A stretch of DNA of 64,000 bases, from positions 43,884 to 107,883 of the forward strand of contig VGLU01000002.1 of NCBI GenBank assembly GCA_016882195.1. Direction: 5' to 3'. The position numbers and the translations under genes are program-made. The notes beneath the pieces were generated by a model, which worked only from the letters and a program-made list of their open reading frames with translations, was not told the DNA's origin and searched no databases. This DNA comes from Thermoproteota archaeon (lineage in GTDB: Archaea > Thermoproteota > Methanomethylicia > Methanomethylicales > Methanomethylicaceae). Shown piece after piece: positions 17,527-27,754 of the stretch; position 1 is the first letter of the stretch; every line of letters starts with the position of its first letter.

Positions 17527-19818
17527 TTACAGTTTAAAGCGCTGGTGTGTAGTAGCGAATTCCCTGTCATCGATGCCCCACATCTTCGAAGGCTTGTATT
17601 TGCCAAAGGTCTTTGTGTAGAGAACTAGACGGTTTCCATCATATCCGCAACGGGGGCACTTGGCACGGAAGCGGTAGGAAATGGACTTACAATGCCAGCA
17701 GTAGGTATAGTCTCTCGTGAATGTCAGCAGACCGATGCCAGTTGTCTCAACGATCCTCTTGGTATAGTTGGCCAGTACGTCCTCCGTCGGGAAGGGCTCA
17801 TCCAGCCGGATGTCGAAGAGGTGCCCACCTTTTGTTATCTGTTGGAATGCCTCTTCCACCTTTAACCTTGTCTTGAGCGGGATGGCTGTCGTTAGGGGCA
17901 GGTTTGAATGCTCCGTGGAGCCTGAAGCGGATTTTGGTTTTAGGAAACCGCCAGCCACATCTAAACTGGTGAGCCGCCGTGCTGCAGGCTCAAATGTTAT
18001 GCTGGAAGAGAGCAGGCGCATGGAAGGTGCTACCTGTGCGGTGTAATTATCCATGAGACCTACAATCTTGGTGGCAAGTTTCAGGGCATCTTCGCTGTCA
18101 GCCATGTCCAGGCCCGTATGATGCCTCACGGCTTCAGGCAATCCCACATAACTTATTATTCCCGGCGAGTCGGTGAGTCTGAAATAGCTACTACCATCAA
18201 TGCTTTCTCTGTAGAGCGGCAAAAGTTTGTCAGAAAAGATGCGCTCTTCGAGGATCTGCCTCTTAATCGAGAGCGCCTCCCTCGATAACTCCAGCAATTC
18301 CCTAATACGCTCCATCAGTCGGTCATCATCACCGTTTGACTCGTAGGCGATTCTGGGGAGGTTTATTGTAACATTGTCGAGTGCCCCGACCCTGAGCGTA
18401 CCACTTTCCCAGTCCTTCCAGCTGGAATCCACCCGCGAGAGGTCGGAGTTGTAGAAGACGTTATCCTGCTGCCACGGGAGGGTGTGGTTAACAAAGTAGA
18501 CGGTTCCCCATTTTTCAGCGAGCCGGTATGCCTTCTTCAAGCAGTCCTTGGCGGTGCCGGTTACCAGAGCCTTCTTCCTTATCTTGACAAAGACTGCCGG
18601 ATTCAGTAGAGGTTTTGAGGCACCGTCTGGCTCTTTAAGAACGTCCAAGAAGGCCTCAAGTAGACGAAGAGACGCCTCATAATAATCACCGTAGATGCCT
18701 CCTGCACCATCCAATCCAACACATTTCACGTTCTCCAAGAACTCCGGAATCTCTAGTTCGACATTGAATGCAACGGTCGAGCCGAGGATTCCATTAAATT
18801 TTGCGTTTAGGTCATACAGGAAATCTCTCAGGATCGATCGGATCTCGTTGCCCTTGAGACCTTTGATATATGGAGCCAAGAAAATGTTGAAGAACCCCAA
18901 AGACTGAGAATTTGATACACAAATCGATGTGGAGTTCAGGAGGCAGTTTGTTGCATATAGGGCACCTTGAAGCGTCTTGGGAGAGAAGTGAGCTGGGAGA
19001 GAGAGCCCAGTACCATCAGCAGGAGCTTTACCTTCAAGGATGGGACGTATATCGTGTTGAATGTCTGCCGGTCTGAGGACCCAATAGTTCGCATTATTAA
19101 GGTGTATTGCGCCACAGAGGTGGGCATCAGCGATGGTTCTAGGCAGGACTTTGAGAAGCATGTATTCCTCCAGCACTGCGTCGCCCGCCAAGGCATGGAC
19201 CCGCTCAAGCGATGGGTATTCTCGGAATGCGGCGTTTTTTATCGTGGTAGTGACGTCATAGACCGGTTGCCCCAGTCTGGTTAAGACATGGCGGTACTCC
19301 TCCAGACCCTTCTCAAGGAGTATCGCATTGACGAACTCTCTGATGAGAGCCGCTGTCAGATACCTAACCTGCAGTTTCTTTAGTCTGTCCTCAGTCTCCT
19401 TTGAGATGGACTCCGCCAGTTTTCGAGGGACGCTGGCCTCCCGCATCAAGGCATCAACTATCTTCTTCCTGTCGAAGGGTTCTATCGTGAGGCTTGAGGT
19501 CCTTACAAGCATCTCACCCTTCTTTCGCCTTACGGCGTCCTCAACTCCATAGATGAAGTCGGCAACGTCCTCACCCAGCAGGGTGAGGTAGTACTTTCCA
19601 GAGGACTCGTCCGATCTGAGGAGTTCGGCTTCAGTAAGCATACGGAGATGATACCCAAACTTGCCCGCGTCGCTCTTCGGGTTCATGTCGAGGCTTTTCA
19701 TTATCTCCGTAAAGGAGAGAGGGCCCTCTCTGCTAATAAGCTTCAAAACCTCAGCCCTGACCTCGTTGGAGAGGGATGAGAGTATGGACTCTAGCAGGTT
19801 ATTTGAAGGCAACCTCAA
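17527..19818 (-). CDS. nrdD: Class III (anaerobic) ribonucleoside-triphosphate reductase-like protein (NrdD family) with N-terminal winged HTH plus ATP-cone and C-terminal zinc ribbon.
   Basis: 763 aa. GALDNVTINLPRIAYES matches the class III RNR motif. ATP-cone-like IEPFDRKKIVDALMREA. C-terminal CWHC...CPRCG zinc site. No canonical RVxGY glycyl-radical motif seen. Confidence 0.6.
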   Translation of the reverse strand: MRLPSNNLLESILSSLSNEVRAEVLKLISREGPLSFTEIMKSLDMNPKSDAGKFGYHLRMLTEAELLRSDESSGKYYLTLLGEDVADFIYGVEDAVRRKKGEMLVRTSSLTIEPFDRKKIVDALMREASVPRKLAESISKETEDRLKKLQVRYLTAALIREFVNAILLEKGLEEYRHVLTRLGQPVYDVTTTIKNAAFREYPSLERVHALAGDAVLEEYMLLKVLPRTIADAHLCGAIHLNNANYWVLRPADIQHDIRPILEGKAPADGTGLSLPAHFSPKTLQGALYATNCLLNSTSICVSNSQSLGFFNIFLAPYIKGLKGNEIRSILRDFLYDLNAKFNGILGSTVAFNVELEIPEFLENVKCVGLDGAGGIYGDYYEASLRLLEAFLDVLKEPDGASKPLLNPAVFVKIRKKALVTGTAKDCLKKAYRLAEKWGTVYFVNHTLPWQQDNVFYNSDLSRVDSSWKDWESGTLRVGALDNVTINLPRIAYESNGDDDRLMERIRELLELSREALSIKRQILEERIFSDKLLPLYRESIDGSSYFRLTDSPGIISYVGLPEAVRHHTGLDMADSEDALKLATKIVGLMDNYTAQVAPSMRLLSSSITFEPAARRLTSLDVAGGFLKPKSASGSTEHSNLPLTTAIPLKTRLKVEEAFQQITKGGHLFDIRLDEPFPTEDVLANYTKRIVETTGIGLLTFTRDYTYCWHCKSISYRFRAKCPRCGYDGNRLVLYTKTFGKYKPSKMWGIDDREFATTHQRFKL

Positions 19819-19871
19819 ACACCAAAAGTAGTTTGGTGGGTTGTATCTAAAAAGGTTTATAGAAGCCTACA

Positions 19872-20264
19872 TCAAAAAGTAGGCCGGAACTTGATTGCGT
19901 ATTCGATTATTCCCGAGTCCCCGTCCTCAGATACCTTGCGTAAGACCGCTTCTAGGGGCATCCCTATGGTGACCTCCCCTGGCATGACGTCGGTGATCTG
20001 GGTCATCAGCCTACTACCGTCTTCAAGCTCAATAATGCCCAAGACGAAGGGCGCCATCTTCTCAAAACCGCGAGGAGGGTTACGAACGACTGTGAAGGTT
20101 AGCAACTTCCCCCTCTCTGGCAGTCGGTATGGCTCAATCGAGTCACTCCCGCACTTGGCGCATCTTGCTCTGTTAGGGTAGATTACATTCCCACATGTTG
20201 CGCACTTGCTAGCTTCTAGTCGCGACCTCTCTGGGATCTCGCGCCAATATCTTGGTACCGACAT
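19872..20264 (-). CDS. DUF35 OB-fold/zinc-ribbon protein, scaffold subunit of the archaeal thiolase/HMG-CoA synthase complex.
   Basis: 130 aa. CATCG...CAKCG zinc ribbon followed by an OB fold. Directly downstream of thiolase and HMGCS. Confidence 0.75.
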   Translation of the reverse strand: MSVPRYWREIPERSRLEASKCATCGNVIYPNRARCAKCGSDSIEPYRLPERGKLLTFTVVRNPPRGFEKMAPFVLGIIELEDGSRLMTQITDVMPGEVTIGMPLEAVLRKVSEDGDSGIIEYAIKFRPTF

Positions 20265-21430
20265 TATCTTGCCCTCCTTAGGATTGCTACATAAGTGCTG
20301 GAGCCAGATCCTCCTATGTTCTGGGTCAGACCCGCTTCGGCGTTAGGAACCTGCATCCTTCCTGCCCTCCCCATAAGTTGCATGGTTACTTCTGCGACCT
20401 GATACGAGCCTGTTGCACCTACAGGATGCCCTCTTGACTTCAGGCCGCCGCTCGGATTTATTGTGACTACGCCCCCTGGCTCGAAGGCTCCATCGGAGAG
20501 CAATTTGTTGAACTTGCCTTTCTCAGAGAAGCCAAGATCCTCTATTGAGAGGGCGCCGGTGATGGTGAAAGTGTCGTGAATCTCGGCTACGTCTATGTCA
20601 GCCGGGGTCACCTTTGCCATTTTATAGGCCTTATCCGCTGCAACCACCGTGGAATTTAGGGACAAGAGGTCAGACCTTGAAGAGATGTTGATCGTATCGG
20701 TCGCACCAGCAACCCCGCTGATCTCGACGAAGTTATCTGAGTACTTTGGTGCGTCCTCAAGGGGGCACATGATTATGGCGGCGGCGCCGTCGCCCACGGG
20801 GGCACAGTCATAGAGAGTTATCGGGTCGGCGATCTTCTCAGAGTTCAGAACGGTCTCCCTGGTGATCTCGAATGGGAGCTGGGCATAGGGGTTTCTCGCT
20901 CCGTTCTTGTGCATGAGAACCGCTAAGTCTGCAAATGCCTCTCTGGAGACGTGGTAAACGTGCATGTAGTGATTCATGATTAATGCATTGAGGCTCACAA
21001 AACTTGAGCCAAAGAACAGCTCGTATTCCGCGTCCGCAGCCTTGCCGAGAGAGCGAGTAGTTTCGCCCCCCACGCCGTCTGTAAGCTTTTCGACGCCACC
21101 GGTCATAACAAAATTGTACATGCCGGATGCCACAGATGCGTATGCGGCGAGAACAGCAGCCCCGCCAGAACCACAGGCGGCTTCAACTCGATAGGCAGTT
21201 GATGGAATTATACCCAAATGGTCAGCAAGGAGGGCGCCTATGTTATTTTGATCGGAGAGATCGGATGCGCACATGTTCCCGACAATTAAAGCGTCTAAGC
21301 CTGGGATCTTGGTCTCCTTGAGAGCCTCTTTGGCAGCATCCCCAAATAGTTCCCTTAAGGACTTCCTCCAGTGTTTTTCTACTTTTGTGAGACCATAACT
21401 TAAAATTGCGACCCTTCGCATTATAACCAC
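20264..21430 (-). CDS. Acetyl-CoA C-acetyltransferase (archaeal thiolase).
   Basis: 388 aa thiolase-fold protein. Conserved operon partner of HMGCS and DUF35. Confidence 0.85.
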   Translation of the reverse strand: MVIMRRVAILSYGLTKVEKHWRKSLRELFGDAAKEALKETKIPGLDALIVGNMCASDLSDQNNIGALLADHLGIIPSTAYRVEAACGSGGAAVLAAYASVASGMYNFVMTGGVEKLTDGVGGETTRSLGKAADAEYELFFGSSFVSLNALIMNHYMHVYHVSREAFADLAVLMHKNGARNPYAQLPFEITRETVLNSEKIADPITLYDCAPVGDGAAAIIMCPLEDAPKYSDNFVEISGVAGATDTINISSRSDLLSLNSTVVAADKAYKMAKVTPADIDVAEIHDTFTITGALSIEDLGFSEKGKFNKLLSDGAFEPGGVVTINPSGGLKSRGHPVGATGSYQVAEVTMQLMGRAGRMQVPNAEAGLTQNIGGSGSSTYVAILRRAR

Positions 21431-21433
21431 CCT

Positions 21434-22507
21434 TTAAATAACGATCTTTTTCCTAAATTTGGCGTAGATGGCATAGTCAATATTCTGCTTCCTTTTAATG
21501 TAATCCATAACCTTAGAGGCCATATCGCGCTTGGTTCGAGCACCCTCCTGAACAACAAAACTGAAGGCGTCACTGCCGGCCCCAGAGCCAAAACTGACCA
21601 ACAGAACTCTGTCACCGGGCATTGCTACATCTAATATAGCAGAAAAACCAGTAATTGATGAGCCTGCATAAAGGTTCCCGATGTACGGGACCAAGAGACC
21701 GGGCTCGACCTGTTCTTTCTTAAAACCCAGAATCTTCGCCGCCCTTAACGGGAATTTTCCATTCGGTTGATGAAAAACGGCGTACTTGAAGTCAGTGGGA
21801 TTGAGTGATAATTCATCCAACAACAACTTAGTTGCTGAGATTGTGTGGGTAAAGTAGGCTGGTTCGCCTGTGAATGCCTCGGCATGAGACGGGTAGTCAC
21901 GTTTCTGCCTTCTCCAAAAGTCTGGGGTATCAGTTACATAGGAGACGGAACCCTCTAAAATGGCAACCGGCTCTTTTTCTTTATCCTTGCGCCCAACGAT
22001 GAGAGCCGTACCTCCGCAACCTGCTGAGTATTCCAACGGGTCGGCGGGTGCGCCCTGGGCTGTGTCCGCACCTATTGCCAGACCATAGTTAATCATGCCG
22101 GACCCGACAAGACCGATACAGCACTGGAGGCATTCTGTACCCGCCTTGCAAGCAAATTCCATGTCAGCGGAGAGGACCCGCGGCGTCGCCCCTATTGCCT
22201 CGGCCACAATCGTGCCGGTAGGTTTCACCGCATAGGGTTTGGATTCCGAGCCTACAAAGACCGCCCCTAGCTCCTTTGGGCTGAGGCCTGCCCTACCCAG
22301 AGCATTCTTCGAGGCTTCAACGGATATTGTCGCCACGTCCTCGTCGATGCCTGCCACTGCCTTTTCGTCGATCAGCAACTCTTCCCGGAAATGCTTAGGG
22401 GACTTCCCCCAAACCCTAGCTATCTCTTCCACCGCTATGCGGTACATTGGAATATAGGAACCCCAGCCGGAGATCGCCACATCGATTACTGGCTTCACTG
22501 AAACCAC
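21434..22507 (-). CDS. Hydroxymethylglutaryl-CoA synthase, archaeal type.
   Basis: 357 aa thiolase-like fold with the active-site region (ACKAGTE). Gene order HMGCS-thiolase-DUF35. Confidence 0.85.
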   Translation of the reverse strand: MVSVKPVIDVAISGWGSYIPMYRIAVEEIARVWGKSPKHFREELLIDEKAVAGIDEDVATISVEASKNALGRAGLSPKELGAVFVGSESKPYAVKPTGTIVAEAIGATPRVLSADMEFACKAGTECLQCCIGLVGSGMINYGLAIGADTAQGAPADPLEYSAGCGGTALIVGRKDKEKEPVAILEGSVSYVTDTPDFWRRQKRDYPSHAEAFTGEPAYFTHTISATKLLLDELSLNPTDFKYAVFHQPNGKFPLRAAKILGFKKEQVEPGLLVPYIGNLYAGSSITGFSAILDVAMPGDRVLLVSFGSGAGSDAFSFVVQEGARTKRDMASKVMDYIKRKQNIDYAIYAKFRKKIVI

Positions 22508-22562
22508 CGTTTTTTCCTACTAGTAAAAAGACGAGTATATTAGGGCTTCGCCCCTTGACTAC

Positions 22563-23297
22563 TTATGATTCGACTAATGACGATTTGCTATGGAGAGCGT
22601 GGAGGGACTTTATAAGATCATCTACGCTGGGCTTCCTTGAAAGGATCAAGGGGATGTGCTCAGCCTTCGCGAGCTCGATCGCTATCCTGTCGAGGTGTGT
22701 AACGCCATGCAGTATTACGGCGGCAGGTTTTAGCAGGGTCACACGCACGGCAACCATTGGAGACCGGCCGGTGGAAGTCTTCGTGAAGATTATGGCCCTT
22801 TCCGTGGTGGTGCCAACGAGCTGCAGGAAGTCAGATCCTGACATTGTAAGAATTGCGCGGATACTATCAACGACGGTGTAACCCAGAAGCTTCTTCTCCG
22901 CCAAATAGTCACACGCAAGGAACTCGCCATCAACCATTTTTACTACGTCCTTAAGCGTGATGGGGGAAGGAAACTCGTAGAGATCTAGTATCGCGTCGGA
23001 GGAGACTCGAACCAAGGAGGAAAACTGTTTCAGTACCCTGCCGCCAGTTAGGGTGTCTATGTCTATTAGACTCACGACGAAGCGCCTTATGAATGTGGCA
23101 CCTGGAGACTTTCGTCTGCCGCCCTCGTAGTCACTGATCACTGAAGGAGAGATGCCAAGCTTCTCGGCTATATCGAGCTGGGTAATACCGAAGACCTCCC
23201 GCCAGCGCCTCATTATCTCGCCGGGCGTATCGGAGAGGATGATCTCGCCTATTATCCGCTTCATGATGAGCTCCTTTACGGTCTCCACCAATGCCAC
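22563..23297 (-). CDS. Putative transcriptional regulator: N-terminal XRE-type HTH plus uncharacterized C-terminal domain (archaeal COG1395-like).
   Basis: HTH region ITQLDIAEKLGISPSVISDYEGGRR. First gene of the minus-strand mevalonate cluster. Confidence 0.5.
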   Translation of the reverse strand: MALVETVKELIMKRIIGEIILSDTPGEIMRRWREVFGITQLDIAEKLGISPSVISDYEGGRRKSPGATFIRRFVVSLIDIDTLTGGRVLKQFSSLVRVSSDAILDLYEFPSPITLKDVVKMVDGEFLACDYLAEKKLLGYTVVDSIRAILTMSGSDFLQLVGTTTERAIIFTKTSTGRSPMVAVRVTLLKPAAVILHGVTHLDRIAIELAKAEHIPLILSRKPSVDDLIKSLHALHSKSSLVES

Positions 23298-23382
23298 CGT
23301 CCAATGTTATGCTTAAGAAGGTAAAAATGGTTTCCTACGAAAAAGTATAAAGATGGCGGATTTTCATTCTAAGGTGGTTTGC

Positions 23383-23460
23383 GGGGCTGTAGGCTAGCTT
23401 GGTCTAGACTGTCAGGCTCGGGCCCTGGTGACCCCGGTTCAAATCCGGGCAGCCCCACCA
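23383..23460 (+). tRNA. tRNA-Pro (anticodon CGG), CCA encoded.
   Basis: GGGGCTG-TA-...-TCAGG-CTCGGGC-CCTGG-TGAC-CCCGGTTCAAATCCGGG-CAGCCCC-A-CCA. Anticodon loop CUCGGGC with G37. Confidence 0.7.
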
Positions 23461-23492
23461 TTCACCAAATTTTAATGAAAACAGTCAAAGGT

Positions 23493-24959
23493 TTAAGCTA
23501 GGCCCTCTTTCTTCAGAATTGCCCTGCCAGCTATGACGCCATTTGCGGCTGCTCCAACAATGCCCCGTGATAGTCCGACGCCATCCCCTATCGCGAAGAG
23601 ACCTTCCACAGGAGTCTCCAAGTTCTTGTTAACTTGGAACTTGTTGGCGGAGAATTTTATCTCAGGAGCGTACAGTAGTGTGGAGGAGCTCGCGACGCCA
23701 GGTATGATTTCATCGAGCTTCTCAAGACCTTCCAATATGTCCGAGACTATTCTGTGCGGCATCGCCATGGCAATATCTCCGGGCGTGACCGACCTCAGCG
23801 TTGGTCTCACATTACTGTGTGAGATCCTGACCCACGTCGATCGCCTGCCCATTCGCAGGTCTCCTAACCTCTGTATCAAAGGTTCTCCACCGCCCAGAAT
23901 TGTCCCCTGTTGGACTACAGATCTCCCGTACGCTGTTGTGTCCTCGATAGGTTCTGTAAGTGCTACCCTCACCAAGAATGCAAAGTTGCTGTTTTCAGAG
24001 AGCGTTTCAGTCATCGAAATGCCGTTCACGCCGACAAGACCATCATATACTTCCTTAACGACGTAACCCTGATGGTTAACGCAGAAGGTTCTTACAAAAT
24101 CATCGTAGGTATCGGTGTAGATGTGGAACTTCGGATCACGATTGATTGCTGTTATCGGTTCCATGATAAAGGCAGGAACTTCCACCCTCACGCCGATATC
24201 TATGGGCTCGTGCTTGGTAGGAATTGAGAGCCTGCGTGCCACCCCCGCTGCCCAGTTCGCACCGACACGGCCCGGAGCCAGTACTACATACTGGGCAGTC
24301 ATTTTTGAACCGTCGTCCAAGGCTATCTGAATGTTCTGGACTCTTTCCCTTCTCGTTTTTTGGTTTGGTTTTATTGGGGGCTTCCGCAGGGACAGAGGGC
24401 TCTTTTTTCTCTGAACATCCTTGACATGAGTATCCAATAGGAACTTCACGCCCATTTTATCTAGATCCTCTTTGAAGTTCCGTATGACTTTTGGAGCGCC
24501 ATCGCTTCCCATAAGACGCTGTGTGATTGGAAGGAACTTTATGCCGACAGAGGCAGCCCTTCTTTGCAGGTCTAACGCCTCTTCAACATCGCCTCGGTAG
24601 ACATCCTTGGGGGCGCCATACTTTAGGAAGACTGAATCAACATAACTTACAAGATCATTGGCTTCTTTCTCGCTGTCCGTAAATTCCCTCAGGTCGCCGC
24701 CTATGTCAGGCCTCAGATTCAATAATCCGCTCGATAGGGTACCGGCGCCACCAACACCGCTCATGATACTGCATACCGGACACTTGGTGCACGTCTTGTA
24801 ATTCTGTACTGGACACTTTCTTCTCTCCACATCATAGCCCTGATCCACGATCAAGACGGACAGCTTACCTTTGTTGTTATGGGCGATCTCATGGGCTGCG
24901 AACATCCCTGCCGGACCTGCCCCGATAATTATGATATCATAGTCCAAAAAAGATCCCAC
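23493..24959 (-). CDS. FAD-dependent oxidoreductase (COG2509-like uncharacterized FAD-dependent dehydrogenase) with a Cys cluster.
   Basis: 488 aa. N-terminal Rossmann GxGxxG (IIIIGAGPAGMFAA) and a CPV...C..C..C motif. Confidence 0.55.
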   Translation of the reverse strand: MGSFLDYDIIIIGAGPAGMFAAHEIAHNNKGKLSVLIVDQGYDVERRKCPVQNYKTCTKCPVCSIMSGVGGAGTLSSGLLNLRPDIGGDLREFTDSEKEANDLVSYVDSVFLKYGAPKDVYRGDVEEALDLQRRAASVGIKFLPITQRLMGSDGAPKVIRNFKEDLDKMGVKFLLDTHVKDVQRKKSPLSLRKPPIKPNQKTRRERVQNIQIALDDGSKMTAQYVVLAPGRVGANWAAGVARRLSIPTKHEPIDIGVRVEVPAFIMEPITAINRDPKFHIYTDTYDDFVRTFCVNHQGYVVKEVYDGLVGVNGISMTETLSENSNFAFLVRVALTEPIEDTTAYGRSVVQQGTILGGGEPLIQRLGDLRMGRRSTWVRISHSNVRPTLRSVTPGDIAMAMPHRIVSDILEGLEKLDEIIPGVASSSTLLYAPEIKFSANKFQVNKNLETPVEGLFAIGDGVGLSRGIVGAAANGVIAGRAILKKEGLA

Positions 24960-25024
24960 GAAGGTTTACAATTGCAGGGACAGTTATTTATTTTCTTGCT
25001 CATTAACTTAAGTGAGGACTTGGA

Positions 25025-25420
25025 ATGGGTGCCGATCTGCATGGCATTCTCTCTGAGATAGAGAAGGGAAGGGGGATCCAAGAGGAGTTGAAGGAGAAGC
25101 TCCGAAAGATCTACGGCGTAAAATTTACAAAGGCTGAAGAAGCGGTCTCCTCGATGGCGGTAAAGAAGTACACCTTCAAGCCGAGCGGGAGGACGGTTTG
25201 GATAGTTGTTGGAAGGGAGAAGGAATATTTTTTAATCCCAGAGTTCTATTGCCAGTGCGATGATTTTTACATCAATGTGGTGATAAGAAGAAAGGCGAAG
25301 CTATGCTACCATGTCCTTGCTCAAGCCATTGCAGAGCGGCTCGGAAGCTTTGAGGAGTATGAGGCCTCTGACAGTGATTTTATAAGGCTTAACAGTGAAT
25401 GGAAGAAGCAAAGCGTATGA
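25025..25420 (+). CDS. SWIM-type zinc-finger protein.
   Basis: 131 aa. CxCx(n)CxH pattern (YCQCDDFYIN...CYHVLA). Confidence 0.5.
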   Translation: MGADLHGILSEIEKGRGIQEELKEKLRKIYGVKFTKAEEAVSSMAVKKYTFKPSGRTVWIVVGREKEYFLIPEFYCQCDDFYINVVIRRKAKLCYHVLAQAIAERLGSFEEYEASDSDFIRLNSEWKKQSV

Positions 25421-25534
25421 GGTCATATTTATGGATTCAGCAACGATTTTCAACATTATTGCCGGAGTGGCAGTTGTTCTATTAGCTGTAACAGTCATCA
25501 TTGTGGCTCTTGACAAACAGTAGCGGCGGTAATA

Positions 25535-26635
25535 ATGAGCGAGTTTGAAGGACTTTTTTCTATCCTGGTTAAGAGATCAGGGCTTGCTATAAATGAGGTG
25601 AGTAAGAAGATTGAGGACAAGAAGGAGAGTCTCGGCCACTTAATCAATGATGAAGTTGCGGTGCGGTTGGTTGCTAGAGATTTGGGAATAGCACTTTCTG
25701 AGGAGAGTACAGCTAGGCCGGTGGTTAAGATAGAGGATCTCGTGCCCAACATAAATAACGTAACCCTGAGCGTGAGGATAGAGAAGGTAGGGACGCCAAA
25801 GGAATTCAGCAAGAAGGATGGGACGACTGGAAGAGTAGGCAGGGCGACCATATCAGATGAGACCGGCAGGGCGACCCTTGTCCTCTGGGACGATAAGACG
25901 ACCTTTCTTTCCAAGATGAGGTCTGGGGCAAATGTTACGGTCTTCTCTGCCTACACCAAGGAGGGGCTGAATGGTGATATTGAGGTGCACATGGGTAATA
26001 AGAGCAGACTGGAGTTTTCCGAGACTTTGCCGGCAGAGGTTCCACAAAAGGGTCAGGTTCAAAGGGGCAGGCTATGGAGGATCTATGACCCCATTGAGTT
26101 TGAGAGGAGGGACGGGGGCCGAGGAAGGTTGGTCGCTTTTCTCCTCAGGCATGAAGAGGACACGACCAGAGTACTGGTGTGGAACCCGTCGGATTCTCTG
26201 CTACACAGTTTGAGGGAGGGGGTAGCGGTGGAGATCGCCGGCGGGACAATGAAGCTTGATTTTCGCGGCGAGGCAGAGTTGCACATAAATGATGAGAGTC
26301 AAATCCAGATAGACCGTAACGATATCGTCCCTCCGAAGACAGAGGTAAAGAGGCTAGCGGATATTCAACCAGATATGTCAGCTCTTATTATCGAGGGAAT
26401 TGTCGAGGTAGACTTTACATTAGAGACCACTTACAGCGGTAAGAGTTATGCGAAGGTCCTTCTCAGGGACGGCGAGACGGTGTTGCCGGTAGTTTTTTGG
26501 AACGACAAGGCTCTCCTTGTCAAGAGAATAGCTAAACCAGGCAAACTGCTCAGAGTTGAGGGGTGTTATTCAAAGATCGGACCTTATGGGCTTGAACTCA
26601 ACGTGAGCAAGTGGAGCAGGACGAGGGCGGAATAG
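25535..26635 (+). CDS. rpa: Replication protein A (RPA/SSB) with multiple OB folds.
   Basis: 366 aa with three OB-fold repeats (VTLSVRIEKVG...GRATISDETGRATLVLWDD, and two further repeats). Confidence 0.8.
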   Translation: MSEFEGLFSILVKRSGLAINEVSKKIEDKKESLGHLINDEVAVRLVARDLGIALSEESTARPVVKIEDLVPNINNVTLSVRIEKVGTPKEFSKKDGTTGRVGRATISDETGRATLVLWDDKTTFLSKMRSGANVTVFSAYTKEGLNGDIEVHMGNKSRLEFSETLPAEVPQKGQVQRGRLWRIYDPIEFERRDGGRGRLVAFLLRHEEDTTRVLVWNPSDSLLHSLREGVAVEIAGGTMKLDFRGEAELHINDESQIQIDRNDIVPPKTEVKRLADIQPDMSALIIEGIVEVDFTLETTYSGKSYAKVLLRDGETVLPVVFWNDKALLVKRIAKPGKLLRVEGCYSKIGPYGLELNVSKWSRTRAE

Positions 26636-26736
26636 CCGAAGTATTTACTTGAACAGGAGGGCATAACATATCATAGAAAGGTTATTATTACAAAGTTTTA
26701 GATGATAAGAGGAAGACGAGAGTCGAGATGATGTAA

Positions 26737-27030
26737 ATGGGGGGTAGGAAGCGAAAGAAGGTAATAAAGCGGATGAGGAAGACGATCCCGAAGATCTTCG
26801 CCTGTCCTAACTGTGGGGAAAAGACACTTAGTATAGTGATCAACCGGGAAGAGGGCAAGGCTGTAATTAAGTGCGGCAGGTGTAATATTATAGAGGGGGA
26901 CATTTTAGTCTCGTATGTAGAAGAGCCCGTTGATGCTTATGGCAAGTTTGTAGACAGGTATTATGGTGTAGGAAAGCCGGTGAAAACCAATGAGGAAAGT
27001 GGAAAACCTTCTGAACTCGAGAATAAATGA
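26737..27030 (+). CDS. Transcription elongation factor Elf1-like zinc-ribbon protein.
   Basis: 97 aa. Basic N-terminus, CPNCG...CGRC zinc ribbon and SYVEEPVDAYGKFVD, which resembles the Elf1 family. Confidence 0.65.
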   Translation: MGGRKRKKVIKRMRKTIPKIFACPNCGEKTLSIVINREEGKAVIKCGRCNIIEGDILVSYVEEPVDAYGKFVDRYYGVGKPVKTNEESGKPSELENK

Positions 27031-27754
27031 GAAAGGCTGCATTCACGTCGCACTGATAGATCCGGATAAGTGCGATCCTCAACTCGCCAAGAAGTTTTCA
27101 CGGGAGGCAAAGGGGGCGGGAACCTCGGCATTGATGGTGGGAGGTTCCACAAGCATGGGCGGGGGGCTCGTTGACGGGCTGATAAAGGGCCTAAAGACAG
27201 GCTCGGATCTCCCGGTAATACTCTTCCCTGGCAACCTGTTTGGTATTTCCAAGTACGCGGATGCCGTATGGTTCATGTCGGTATTGAACTCCACAAATCC
27301 GTTCTATATCACTGGCGCCCAAGCCATTGCATCGCGGATGATAAAGGCATACAATCTTGAGGCCATCCCCTTGGGCTACATCATTATCAGCCCCGGAGGC
27401 ACTGCGGGTTTTATCAGTCAAGCCAACGTCATCCCCTATGAAAAGCCAGAGGCGGCGGCCATCTACGCCCTTGCTGCCCAGTATATGGGAATGCGTTTCG
27501 TGTATCTTGAACGTGGATCCGGTGTAGAGGCGCCGATCTCTCCAACGATGGTGAAGGTTGTCAAGAAGGTTGTTAACGAGGCGCGGCTCATAGTAGGAGG
27601 GGGCATAAGGAGGAGAGAGCAGGCCAGAGAGATTGCGAGGGCAGGAGCAGACATCGTAGTAACTGGAACTGTAATAGAAGAAAAGGGCATAAGTGCTTCA
27701 ATAAAGGAGATTACTGGAGGCATAGAGGAAGGCGTAAATGAAAGAGAGGTTTAA
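26990..27754 (+). CDS. Geranylgeranylglyceryl phosphate synthase (GGGPS, PcrB family).
   Basis: 254 aa TIM-barrel PcrB/GGGPS signature (IISPGGTAG, VYLERGSG, IVGGGIR). Confidence 0.8.
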   Translation: MRKVENLLNSRINEKGCIHVALIDPDKCDPQLAKKFSREAKGAGTSALMVGGSTSMGGGLVDGLIKGLKTGSDLPVILFPGNLFGISKYADAVWFMSVLNSTNPFYITGAQAIASRMIKAYNLEAIPLGYIIISPGGTAGFISQANVIPYEKPEAAAIYALAAQYMGMRFVYLERGSGVEAPISPTMVKVVKKVVNEARLIVGGGIRRREQAREIARAGADIVVTGTVIEEKGISASIKEITGGIEEGVNEREV

